From Octopus vulgaris (Eukaryota): a DNA stretch of 64,000 bases. The position numbers were made by a program, and so were the translations under genes. Location: NCBI GenBank assembly GCA_951406725.2, contig OX597838.1, positions 20,150,001-20,214,000 on the forward strand, given 5' to 3'. Below the pieces are notes generated by a model. That model saw nothing but the letters and a program-made list of their open reading frames with translations, had not been told where the DNA came from and did not search any database. Below are positions 44,001 to 56,000 of this stretch, in pieces (the first letter of the stretch is position 1; every line of letters starts with the position of its first letter).

Positions 44001-47000
44001 ATATAGTTGCTTAGTCATCGATACACTGCCATTACAATAAGTTGGTGGTGATAATGTATGAGATATTGACCGTCAGCTTAAGGACAGTAAAGACAGCAAC
44101 TCTTTCCGATGGCTCTAATAGTAATGTATGGATGGCTAAGACGACAATATCATCTCAGATGGTGGGCTAGCAGTGTATGGATGACTAACTCAGCTTCGCA
44201 AATATTTGCATTAACCATCCATACAATGCTATCACTGTCTCAAATAGTTGCTGCCTTAATCATTCTTACTTTGTTCTCATCTTCTCACATAATTGCCGTG
44301 TTAGTCATCTGTACATTGACTGTCATCACCATCATAAATAGTTGCTGTCTTGGCTTATCATCTTTACTATCTCATTGTTCTTTTTAATCTTTACTGTCTC
44401 AACGTAGCCAGAGTGTCATTTTCTTGAGTTTGAGGATATTGAAAATATTTTAATTAAAGGAATTTAAATAGGTGTGGTAAATTATTATAATTACATTACC
44501 AGACATGATATTATCTTTTCTTTTTTTGGATAATTTAAATAAAAACTAAACAAATTGGCAATTAAAAAGGAAGTTACTTTTTTTTTTTTTATTTATTTAT
44601 GAAAATCCTTAAGTTGCGATATCAAGCTTTCTCCTAAAATATTTTTGTTTAATTAAAATCTCCGACTTATGATTGTTGACATTCTTGTAATCTAGCCATA
44701 TTCTTCTTGCAACCAGCATTTTTTCCCTTCTAAATTCGGTAATAAGTATTTTCCCCTGAAAGAATTTGCCTGGATTTTTTTTTTCTTAAATGAAACCTCT
44801 TGTTGTAGAGATTATGCGATATCTACACTAACTTAATCTTGTCCTTAATTTCCTTTCTTTTTAACATGCACCTTAACATATTAAATCTCTTAAACATAAG
44901 TTCACAGAAAGTCATTATAGCTTTAGGAAAAAAACCATTTCACAATTCTTTTGGCCAATATTTTTTTTCCTTCTTAATCTGCTTAAATTGCTTTTGTTGT
45001 TATTTTAAAAAAATTTTTGCTGTAGTGTAAATTTAACAGATTTATTAATTTATTATTACGAATCTCTCTAGATTTAATTCCCTTTTGTTAGCTTTTAACA
45101 CCCTTTAGTGCCTTGACACCTGTTTAGAGGTTTTTTTACCTTTTTGCCCTTCTTTGGACTCTGACCATGTCGCTGTGTTTGTGCTGATTCATCCCTTTTA
45201 TTCCACAGATCACCATCCCCTGAACCAATATATAATCATGAAGGGAAACGGTTAAACACCAGAGATTATCGTACCAGGAAAAAACTGGAAGAAGATCGTC
45301 ATCGGTTGATCCAACAGGCGTTTGAGTTGAATGCTGATTATAAACCCCCAGCAGATTACAAGTAATAATCTGTTTGTCTTACTACAACTAATTAATTTTC
45401 CCATCCTGTAAAATAATTGGTGCTAGGAAGGGCAACCAGCCATAAAAATCCCTGCTAAAATAGACGGAGCTCGGTGCAGTCCTCTGGCTTGCCAGCTCCT
45501 GCCAAGTTGTCTAACCTATGCCAGCATTGAAAATAGATGTTAAATGATGATGGTCTTCATCCTCATAATGATTTACAATGTATATTCTCTGCACCACTTA
45601 TTCTTAGCATTGTTTCCTTTCCAAAAGTTTTCAAAGAGTTGCAGGCATGACTGTGTGGTAAGAAGATTGCTTCCTGACCATAAGGTTCAGGTTTCAGTCC
45701 CAATATGTGGCACCTTGGGCAAGTGGTTTCTACTATAGCCCCGGTCTGACTGAAGCTTTTTGAGCGAATTTGGTAGATGGAAACTGGAAGAAACTTGTGT
45801 ATGTATGTATATATATATGTGTGTGTGTGTGGTTATATGACATTATGTAATAGTTGTAATTCATTTCCAACATTCTGTAAGAACATACCTAGCCATGGGA
45901 GAAATATTTCCTTGCTTGGAAACAGATGAGGGTTAGTGACAAGAAGGCCATCTGTCTCAGCATTTGACAGGTTCTTTATTTCACTGACCCTAGAAAAATG
46001 AAAAGCAAAACCATGTCCTTCCTCTCATACTATTGTTTAAAAGAAAAAAAACAACACAAAAAGCATTGAGCATAGGTGCAGGTATGGCTGTGTGGTAAAT
46101 ATGGAAGAAATAAATATAAAACAGTAATATTATATTATCTATGAAGTAATTAATGTGTTAAGACTCTTATCTCCTAATTTGTTCTCTTTCTCATCCAGGC
46201 CACCAATTGTCCGAGTCAGTGATAAAGTGATGATACCACAAGAATTACATCCTGATATCAATTTTGTTGGTTTGTTAATTGGACCTCGTGGAAACACTTT
46301 GAAAAATCTTGAAAAAGAGGTAATTTTGCTTTCTGAATGTCATGAATATGCTGCTTCTTGTCTACTAATACTGAAAAGTAACAATAAATAATGTAGTTTT
46401 ACAACTTTATAATATCAGAACTTTGCGAAATAAGATCAAATGACATGGTTTCATAAGAAAGTTTAATCTCTTTGCCACAATTTCTTAAAGAGTTGAATAG
46501 CTATTAGTATTAATTAAGAAATCTTCTCCTTCACATTTGTATAAGTATTTTACTCCATGCTCTATTCATTCCATGAATAACTCTATTTTGTAGACTGGTG
46601 CCAAAATTATTATCCGTGGCAAAGGTTCAGTGAAAGAAGGTAAAATTGGAAGGAAAGATGGCCAACCCTTACCTGGAGAGGATGAACCTCTGCATGCCTA
46701 TGTCACTGCACATAATCCAGAAAATGTTAAAAAGGCTGTTGAAAAGGTAAACTTTTTTCTTTTCTTTTTGCAAAGTTCTTTCTCTGTCTGATTGACACCT
46801 GTCCCTGTGTCTCTTTTTGCCTCTTACAGATCTTTGTCTTTTCTCACTTAGCCACCTCTACTCTGTTTCCACTCTGTCCCTTTGCATCCTCTGCTCCCTT
46901 GTCCCTTTGCATCCTCTGCTCTGTCTCCCCTCTTGTCTCTCAACAATTTTTGTCCCCTGCTCTTTTGTTTTCTCTTCATCAACTCGATTGTTGTTCTACT

Positions 47001-50000
47001 CAGTGTTGTAAGCCTGCTGAAGCAATATTAACTGTAGATTAACTCATCATCATCATTTAGCGTCCGCTTTCCATGCTAGCGTGGGTTGGACGGTTCAACT
47101 GGGGTCTGTGAAGCTGGAAGGCTTCATCAGGCCCAGTCAGATCTGGCAGTGTTTCTACGGCTGGATGCCCTTCCTAATGCCAACCACTCCGTGAGTGTAG
47201 TGGGTGCTTTTTACGTGCCACCCGCACAGGTGCCAGACAGAGCTGGCAAACGGCCACGAACAGATGGTGCTTTTACGTGTCACCGGCACGGGGGCCAGGC
47301 GAATCTACAAAGACCTTTCTCGTCAAGTATTTTTATTATTTTTATTTTTCCAATTTATTTTCAGATCAAAGAAATAATCCGCCAAGGAATTGAAGTCCCT
47401 GAAGGACAGAATGACTTGAGACGACAACAGCTTAGGGAACTTGCTCTCCTCAATGGCACACTCCGGGAGAATGATGGTCTTGCGTAAGTAAACATTTTAA
47501 ACTCTGAATTGGTTCAGGATTTTTATTAATTGTTTGGAAAGAAGTTTGTTTCCTCTCACCTTTCATTTTGAGATATTGATTTACCTTTTATTAAATTTCG
47601 TTTTTTATTCAGTAAATTGAAACAGCTGCAGCAGGCACAGACTATTATCACCAACACTATTATATGTTCAATATGTGCAGGTACAGGACATTTAGCTCAG
47701 GACTGCAAACAGAAGAGGTATTTTAGTTATTTTATTATTTTGTGTATGTATGTTATGTAATATATATATATATGTGTTATGTAATGTATGTATGCAATGC
47801 AATGTATGCGATGTGCGTGTGGTGTGTGTAATGTATGCAATGCTATGTATGTATGTAATGTAATGTATGCATGTAATGTAATGTATGCAATGCAATGTAT
47901 GTTATGTGTGTGTGGTGTGTGTAATATGTAATGTATGCAATGCAATGTATGTGATGTGTGTGTGTGTGTGTAATGTATGCAATGTAATGTAATGGATGTG
48001 ATTGTGTGTGTGCACGCGTAGTGTGAGATATGATGTCATTGATTTGTTACGACTTGTGTATTTCTTTGCTGATCTCTTCACATTACCGCTTCTCAACTCT
48101 GAAAACATACATACATACATTACACTCTACACACACACCCTCTTTGACACCCTTCCAGCAACTCCAGGTTTGGTGGAGTTCTCCAGCCCCATAAGACAAT
48201 TCACCTAGGAGGAACCCTCTCCAATGTAAAACCTACAACTTGCTAATCACCGTAGCTCTCTTAGGCCCCTAAGCCATTATAGTCAAACCCCATGTCTTAG
48301 TGAGATACAATTACACAGACCGATTCTCACTTGAAAACTATTAAGCGCAGCCAGGAAGAAAACCCTTGTGGTATCAAAGATCAGTTTATATAACCACTTG
48401 AGGGGTGGGTCACTTTCTCATGATCCTCGTACATAAAGAAACTGCCATCATATATTTGGAGAATATACAGGAAGCCAGTCACTATTTGTGTGGGCGATGT
48501 TAGCAGACAACGTTTTCTATGTTTAAGTTTGAAAGTTGTCATACAGCTATGGTACGACCACGCTTGGAATTCGCATCATCAGTTTGGAACCCCTATCTTG
48601 CTCAGAACATTGACCTCCTGGAATCTGTCCAGAGACGTGCAACCAAACGCATTCCCTCCATCAGACACCTACCATATTCTGAGCGCCTTGTTTCCCTGGG
48701 CATGGATTCACTGAAGCTCTGGCATCTGGCGACGGACTTGGTAAACACCCACAAAATTATCAACCACCTCACCAACAACACTGAACACCTTTTTGATCTC
48801 CATGTGTCCAACACACGTGGACATGCCTACAAAGTCAGAAAACAACACAGCTCCCATGACTTTCGGAAACATTTTTTCACGCTCAGAGTTGCTGAAGCAT
48901 GGAATAAACTGCCTGCGTCAGTTGTTGACTGCCATGACACTGCATCCTTTAAGGCCCTCATGCTTTCCGAAATCCGCCGAAGCTACACCTGATTATATAT
49001 ACACTTTAGATGAGTTGTAGTGCACCTGAGCACTGTACACAATTATTATTATATTATTGGTTTGTTGTTTTCTCTTTCAGACCTGGGGAACCAATCAGAA
49101 TCCAGCAGGGATCACAAGCAGACAGAGCTAAGATGGACAGTGAGGTAAATGTTTCCACTAATAACGACTGTTTCAACTACTTTTTTGTTATGGAGATGTG
49201 GTACTTGATTTCCATTGTAAATTTGATAGCAGCTGATTTAATTTTAAAGCAGTTTTTTTTCCATTTGTTTGTTTTACACTTGTTTTCCTGTTTGCATGGA
49301 TGAGACAAATATATTATCGCAGCATTGTTTTATGACTGGATGTCCTTCCTATCACTTAACTTTTACCTGTTTTCCTAGTAAGGGGAAATGACTCATGGTT
49401 ATTTCACACATCTCCCTAAAGTGTGAAGCTTGGGGAGAAATTGACCAGCAAAGTGACAGTTGTGGAGCACATGTGTAATCACACACACACACACATAGAG
49501 ACTTCTTGAAAACACTTACCCAAAGCACCATGCAGTGGGACTGAACCTGAAACTACTTGATTGGAAAATGAACTTCTTAACCACACAGCCATGCCGGCAC
49601 CAGTGCTTGTAGTATATTTCCACCCACATGTAATGTCCATAGTAAGACACCTGGGCTTGTCCCCCCCCCCATCAAGCTTCAGCCCCTCAACATCTAGCAG
49701 AGAACTATTGCTCCTCCTTTTCCTCTCAAATAGTATCTGCCCCCATTTAGTGAAGGAGGCTTTTTCCTCCTTCCTGTTTTTTGTGCTGTATTCTCACCAA
49801 TACCCTTTGTTGAAATCTTCACATGGGGTAAAAAAAAACATTTTAAAATTTTCATGTAGGGATATGATGTCACTGAACTGTTACGACTTGGGTATTTCAT
49901 TGCTGATCTCTCCAAATTACTGCTTCTCCACTCTGAAAACAATGGATGGGAGGCAATATATCTTCTTGTAGGGATAGGTGTTAGAGGATTTATTGGAACC

Positions 50001-53000
50001 AGGGCACACTTGATGCTCTGGAGTCTTGGACTAGCTGAGAAGGAAACAAAAGATTCTCCTCCTCCTAACATCCATTTCCCCTGCTGGCATGGGTTGTACT
50101 GTTTGATCAGAGCTAGCAAGCTGCACCAGGTTCCAGTCTGTTTTGGCTTGGTTTCCACAGCTGGATGTCTTTCCTAACACCAACTGCTTTACACAGTGTG
50201 CTGGGCTCTTTTTTATGTGGCACCGGCGTAGGTACTAATACATTTTGCTGTCACAGGTGCTTTTTACCTGACACTGGCATGGGTGCAAAGGGCTCTTGCA
50301 GGCCAATCCTCATCAGTAGGGGGAGCGGCATTAACACTTCTACTATGGAGGACAGGCTTTCCTGAGTACAGCAAGCCACCAGATATCTCAGTCCTTAAGG
50401 CAGCGAACTGGCAGAAATGTTAGCACGCCGGATGAAATGCTTCGCGGGATTTTGTCTGCCACTACGTTCTGAGTTCAAATTCCACCGAGGTCGACTTTGC
50501 CTTTCATCCTTTCGGGGTTGATTAAATAAGTACCAGTTACGCACTGGGGTCAATATAATCGACTTAATCCATTTGTCTGTCCTTGTTTGTCCCCTCTGCG
50601 TGTAGCCCCTTGTGGGCAGTAAAGAAATAAGATATCTCAATCCTTTGCCATTTCTTCTGTAAGGTTCAATGTCCTGAGATCATCTTTCAATACTTTGTTC
50701 CATGTCTTCTTGGGTCTTCCTCTTCCAAGAGTTCCATCCACTTTGAGTGATTGGCATGTCTTCACAGAGCTGTCGACATCCATCTGCGTCACATGACCAA
50801 AAGACATTGCCAGAAGATTGTTGGAAGCCACTGAAGCCATTACACCTGTCTCAAGAGAGAGGATGAGTGGTGCAGCAAAAACGAGCATTGAAGATGGTAG
50901 GGACATCCAGTCCAGAGTTGCAACATCGCATTCAACAAAGCTTGTGCTGTTGTATGGGAGTTTTATTATATCCTACATTAGTGGGTAGCCCCCACTAGGC
51001 AGCTGTGGTGTCACTAGTGGAAGGGATCAAAAACCTTCAGAGCTGCTTCCCTACCTGAGATAGTCACTCCTGCATTCGGAGGCAGAGTACAGCAGCACCC
51101 TTAACACACAGGTGTTTACCTTAAAATACTCCACTGCAGTTGAACTCACTTCATATTTGTTTGTGTGTGTGTGTGTGTGTGTTCAATTATTTTCTTTTTG
51201 AAACAACTAATGTCTACATATAATCCTTATTTCTAGTATATGTCACTGATGGCAGAACTTGGTGAAGGACCACCACCACCTCAGAAAACACCTCCACAAC
51301 AGTCAAACATTCAACAGGGCAATATTCAGACATTCAATCGACCACCTTTTCATTCACAACCACCTCCAAATCCAATGGTAAGTCATTATAACTCTTATGT
51401 ATAAAGTTACTGTAACTTCACTGCACACTGGTAATGTAATATCATTTCTTTTTATCAAGGCGGTGATCTGGCAGAAATGTTAGCACGCTGGGCGAAATGC
51501 TTAGCAATATTTCATCTGTCTTTATGTTCTGAGTTCAAATTCCCCTTGAGGTCGAATTTGCCATTCATCCTTTCAGGGTCAATAAATTAAATACCAGTTG
51601 TGTACTGGGGTTGATCTAATTGACTGGTCCCCCAAAATTTCGGGCCTTGTGCCTAGAGTAGAAGAGAATATCTTTTTTTTTTATCACTTGACTTTGAATA
51701 TTATTGAGTATATATTGGAAGATTATGTTGTATAGAATGCTACTAAATGTATGAAAATAGTTTGGATAGTCACCAGGATTGTTCCTGTGTGTGTCATATA
51801 TGTGCAATAGTATATATTTAAGATCTTTACCATATGTTTTCAAATTGGGTACTGGTGGTTGATATTTGAAAATGTTGAACAGACTAGTAGGTGGGCTGTT
51901 AATGTAATTGTACTGTGCACCAGTAGTTAATGCAACGTCTTTACATGGAAATGATATTTACCCTCATCATCATCGTTATTTAATGTCTGCTTTCCATGCT
52001 GGCATGGGTTGGACGGTTTGACTGAGGGCTGCACCAGGCTCCAATCTGATCTGATCTGACAAAGTTCCTAATGCCAACAACTCCAAGAGGGTAGTGGGTG
52101 CCTTTTGCGTGCCACAGTCAGGTGGCACTGGCATCATCCACGATTGAAAATATCAATTTGTCCAGATAGTGAGCATGTTGTGGTTCTTAAATGTCTCCTA
52201 ATGTGTTGATGGAAGTTCTCATTTTTTTTTTTACTCCTTTCAGGCTTTGAATCCTCCATGGCAAGCTACACCTCAACCTCATAAACCTCCTCACATGGTT
52301 ACATCATTCCAAAATCAGCCCCATGCAAATAATGCAGGCCCCCAGCCACAGGGTGTTCCCATACCTCCTAATCATACACAGAGCTCTCAGTATCCTCCTG
52401 GAGTGCCACCTCCGCCACCGCCTCCACCACCTCCACCCAGCTTGTTCTCGAACCCTCAACAGTTGCCACCCTGGCAGCAGGGCATACCCTCAGGACAGAA
52501 CCCACAGACTTCATCAAGTGGTGTTGGTAAGTTTTTTGGTCTTTTTTTTTAAAGATTTTCATTTCTTTTCTTGAGCAACTATGGTTATAGGCGCAGGAGT
52601 GGCTGTGTGGTAAGTAGCTTGTCTACCAACCACATGGTTCCGGGTTCAGTCCCACTGCGTGGCACCCTGGGCAAGTGTCTTCTACTATAGCCTCGGGCCG
52701 ACCAAAGCCTTGTGTGTGGATTTGGTAGACAGAAACTGAAAGAAGCCCGTCGTATATATGTATATATATATATATATATATGCGTGTGTGTGTTTGTGTG
52801 CCTGTGTTTGTCCCCTAGCATTGCTTGACAACCAATGCTGGTGTGTTTATGTCCCCGTTACTTAGCGGTTCGGCAAAAGAGACCGATAGAATAAGTACTG
52901 GGCTTACAAAAGAATAAGTCCCAGGGTCGAGTTGTCGATTAAAAGGCGGTGCTCTAGCATGGCCACAGTCAAATGACTGAAACAAGTAAAAGAATAAAAA

Positions 53001-56000
53001 AGAGAGTACTATCCTTCCTAAAAAATAAAAAAACAAAAACAGATAAACAGCTCTTGTTTCTCTCATTTGCTTGTCAAATGGGACACTTTTGGTAAGTAGA
53101 ACTAGGTGGTAAGTAGCTTGCTTACGAACCACATAGTTTCGGGTTCAGTTCCACTGTGTGGCACCGTGGGCAAGTGTCTTCTACTATAGCTTTGAGTGGA
53201 TGTGGTAGATGGAAACTGAAAGAAGCCCATCATATAGTTGTGTGTGTGTGTCTGTTTGTCCCCCCAACGTCGCTTGACAACCGATGCTGGTGTGTTTATG
53301 TCCCCGTAACTTATGGTTCGGCAAAAAAGACCAATAGAATAAGTACTAGGGTTACAAAGAATATCCTGGGGTCAATTTGTTCGACTAAAGGCAGTGCTCC
53401 AGCATGGTTCAGTCTCACAGTGATTTCTATTATAGCCTTGGAGCAACCAAAGCCTTGCGAGTGGATTTGGTAGATGGAAACTGAAAGAAATCCGAATACA
53501 TTTATACATATTAATGTGTGTGTGTCTTTGTGTCTGTGTTTGTCCCTCACCATCACTTGACAACCGGTGTTGGTGTGTTTATGTCCTTATAGTTTAGCAG
53601 TTCAGCAAATGAGACCAATAGAACAAGTACCAGGCTTGAAAAAAGAAGAAAAATTACTGGGTTGATCCATTCAACTAAAAAAAATTTTCAGGGCAGTGCT
53701 CCAGCATGGCCACAGTCTAATGACAGCAAAGGTAAAATAAGATAAGCTAGGCGCAGGCATGGCTATATATATATATATATATTTATTGGCTGTATAGTGA
53801 CAAGCTTGCTTCCCAACCACATGGTTCCAGGTTCAGTCTCATTGCAAGGCACCTTGGGCAAGTGTCTTCTACTATAGCCTCGGGCCAATCAAAGCCTTGT
53901 GAATGGATTTGGTAGATGGAAACTGAAAGAAGCCCATTATGTGTACATGTGTGTATCTGTTCCCACCACCGCTTGACAACCAGTGTTGGTGTGTTTATAT
54001 TCCCTTAAGTTAGCAGTTCAACAAAAGAATCCAATAGATCAACTAAGAATTCTTCGAGGTGATGCCCCAGCATGTCCACAGTCCAATGACTGAAATAAGT
54101 AAAAGATAAAAAATGATAAACGACACCAAAATTTTTGGTTTTTATTTGTTGATCTATCTATCTATCAGCTCAGTCGAAGTCGACTCTCGGTCACTCATTG
54201 GATCAGTGTCCTCCAGTCAGTTCTATCCTGGGCCGCTTCTTTCAGATTGGCTATGTCCATTCTGGTATCCCTCTTGATGGTGTCAAGCCAGCAGGTTCTT
54301 GGTTGGCCTTTTCCTCTCTTGCCAGCATATGCTGTTGCCACCCCCAGCACCACGGTGAGGAGAACGGTTGGGCTTTGGAGGGGGTTATTTGTTGAACAGG
54401 AAGGTTAAATTATGAAATTCTTCATTAGCAACAGATATCCTCGTTTCGTTTATACCCCAGTAGCCTTTTATAGGGGGTTGACCTCTGGGACATGTGAGGG
54501 AACATACGAACCAGTTATTTGTTACATTGCCACTCTCGGTGCTTCAGCACCTCTGTGAATCCCTGATGAAATGCTGTGCTGTTGCAAGTGATATTACATT
54601 TCATCTCGCTGTGTCTTTTGGCCTGATTGTTTTATGTATATTTTCAAGCAGGTGTGCCACCACCTCCGCCAGGTTTATTGACTGCTCCTCCACCACCACC
54701 ACCACCAAATAGCCAGTCCGCCGGTGTCATGCCCTGGATGGGTTCTCAAGGTAAGTTTGGAATACACAAGATTTTGAAGACCTTAAAGATATGCTTAAAC
54801 AGTAGCTCTGTGTATGTATACATGTGTGTATGGATATATAAGTTTGGCAATGCTAAATATTAATAACTGTTGCTTCTGCTAAATATTAATGTATATATGT
54901 ATATGTGGAGGTGCGTGGCTTAGTGGTTAGGGTGTCAGCATCATGATTGTAAGATTGTTGTTTCAATTCCTGGACCGGGCGATGTGTTGTGTTCTTGAGC
55001 AAAACACTTCATTTCACGTTACTCCAGTCCACTCAGCTGGCAAAAATGAGTAACGCTGCGATGGACTTGCGTCCTGTCCAGCTGGGGAACACATACGCCA
55101 TTGAAACTGGGGCCATGAGCCTGGCTAGGCTTTAAAAGGGCGCATTTATTTATTTTATATACGTATATAGGTATAGGCCTGGCTGTGTGATAAGAAGCTT
55201 GCTTTGCAACCACATGGTTCCGAGTTCAATCCCACTGTGTGGCACCTTGGGCAAGTGTCTTCTACTATAGGCTCAGGCCAACCAAAGCCTTGCATGGATT
55301 TGGTAGATGGAAACTGAGAGAAGCATGTATGTGTGTGTGGTATCACATTTAAAAAAAATTTATTTTGCAACAAATTCTGATATAATTTGAATCTTTACCA
55401 TCTGAAGTGTATTTGTTGGTATGCTGCAGCTAACTCCAGCCAGTTACTGCATATATTACTGGAAATCCATAGTAAACATTTTCAAAACATTATAACAGTA
55501 GATTGGCATGGCTGTGTAGTCGAGATATTTGCCTCCCAACCACTTGTTTTCCACTATAGCCCTAGGCCTATATGTGTGTGTTTAGAACTGCAGTCATTTG
55601 TATGAAAGTTATGGCAAGCAGTGTTGTCGATTCTCCTGTCAACAAATCATCTAGTCACTTTGTGCTTTGGAGCCATGTGGAATATAAGACCTTACCTGAA
55701 AAGCAGGTAAGGCATCTGAGTTAAAATCAGTTCATCAAATAACATCTGCCCAATCCATGGCAGTATAGTAATATGGGCATAAAATGATTGTCTATATAGA
55801 TATATATTTATAAATTTGCTGTTATGTGGCTGGTTATTTGTATAGTCCACCTCAATTACCTGCTATGATGTGTTGCGTTGAATGTAGTGTATATATATTT
55901 TTTGTTGTGATGTAGCATGTTAAATGTTATATAATCACCATCATTTAATGTCTATTTCTCATGCTGACATGGATGGATGGTCTGACAGGAACTGGCAAAC

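Noticed and set aside
47086-47487. 133-aa ORF as a TE-SF1 fusion protein
   Set aside because: Chance open frame through an antisense repeat into the exon. A strong acceptor at 47364 explains the real exon.
54563-54626. CTGATGA...CTGA snoRNA-like pair
   Set aside because: The CTGA coincides with the likely branch point ~25 nt from the acceptor. No guide and no second copy.
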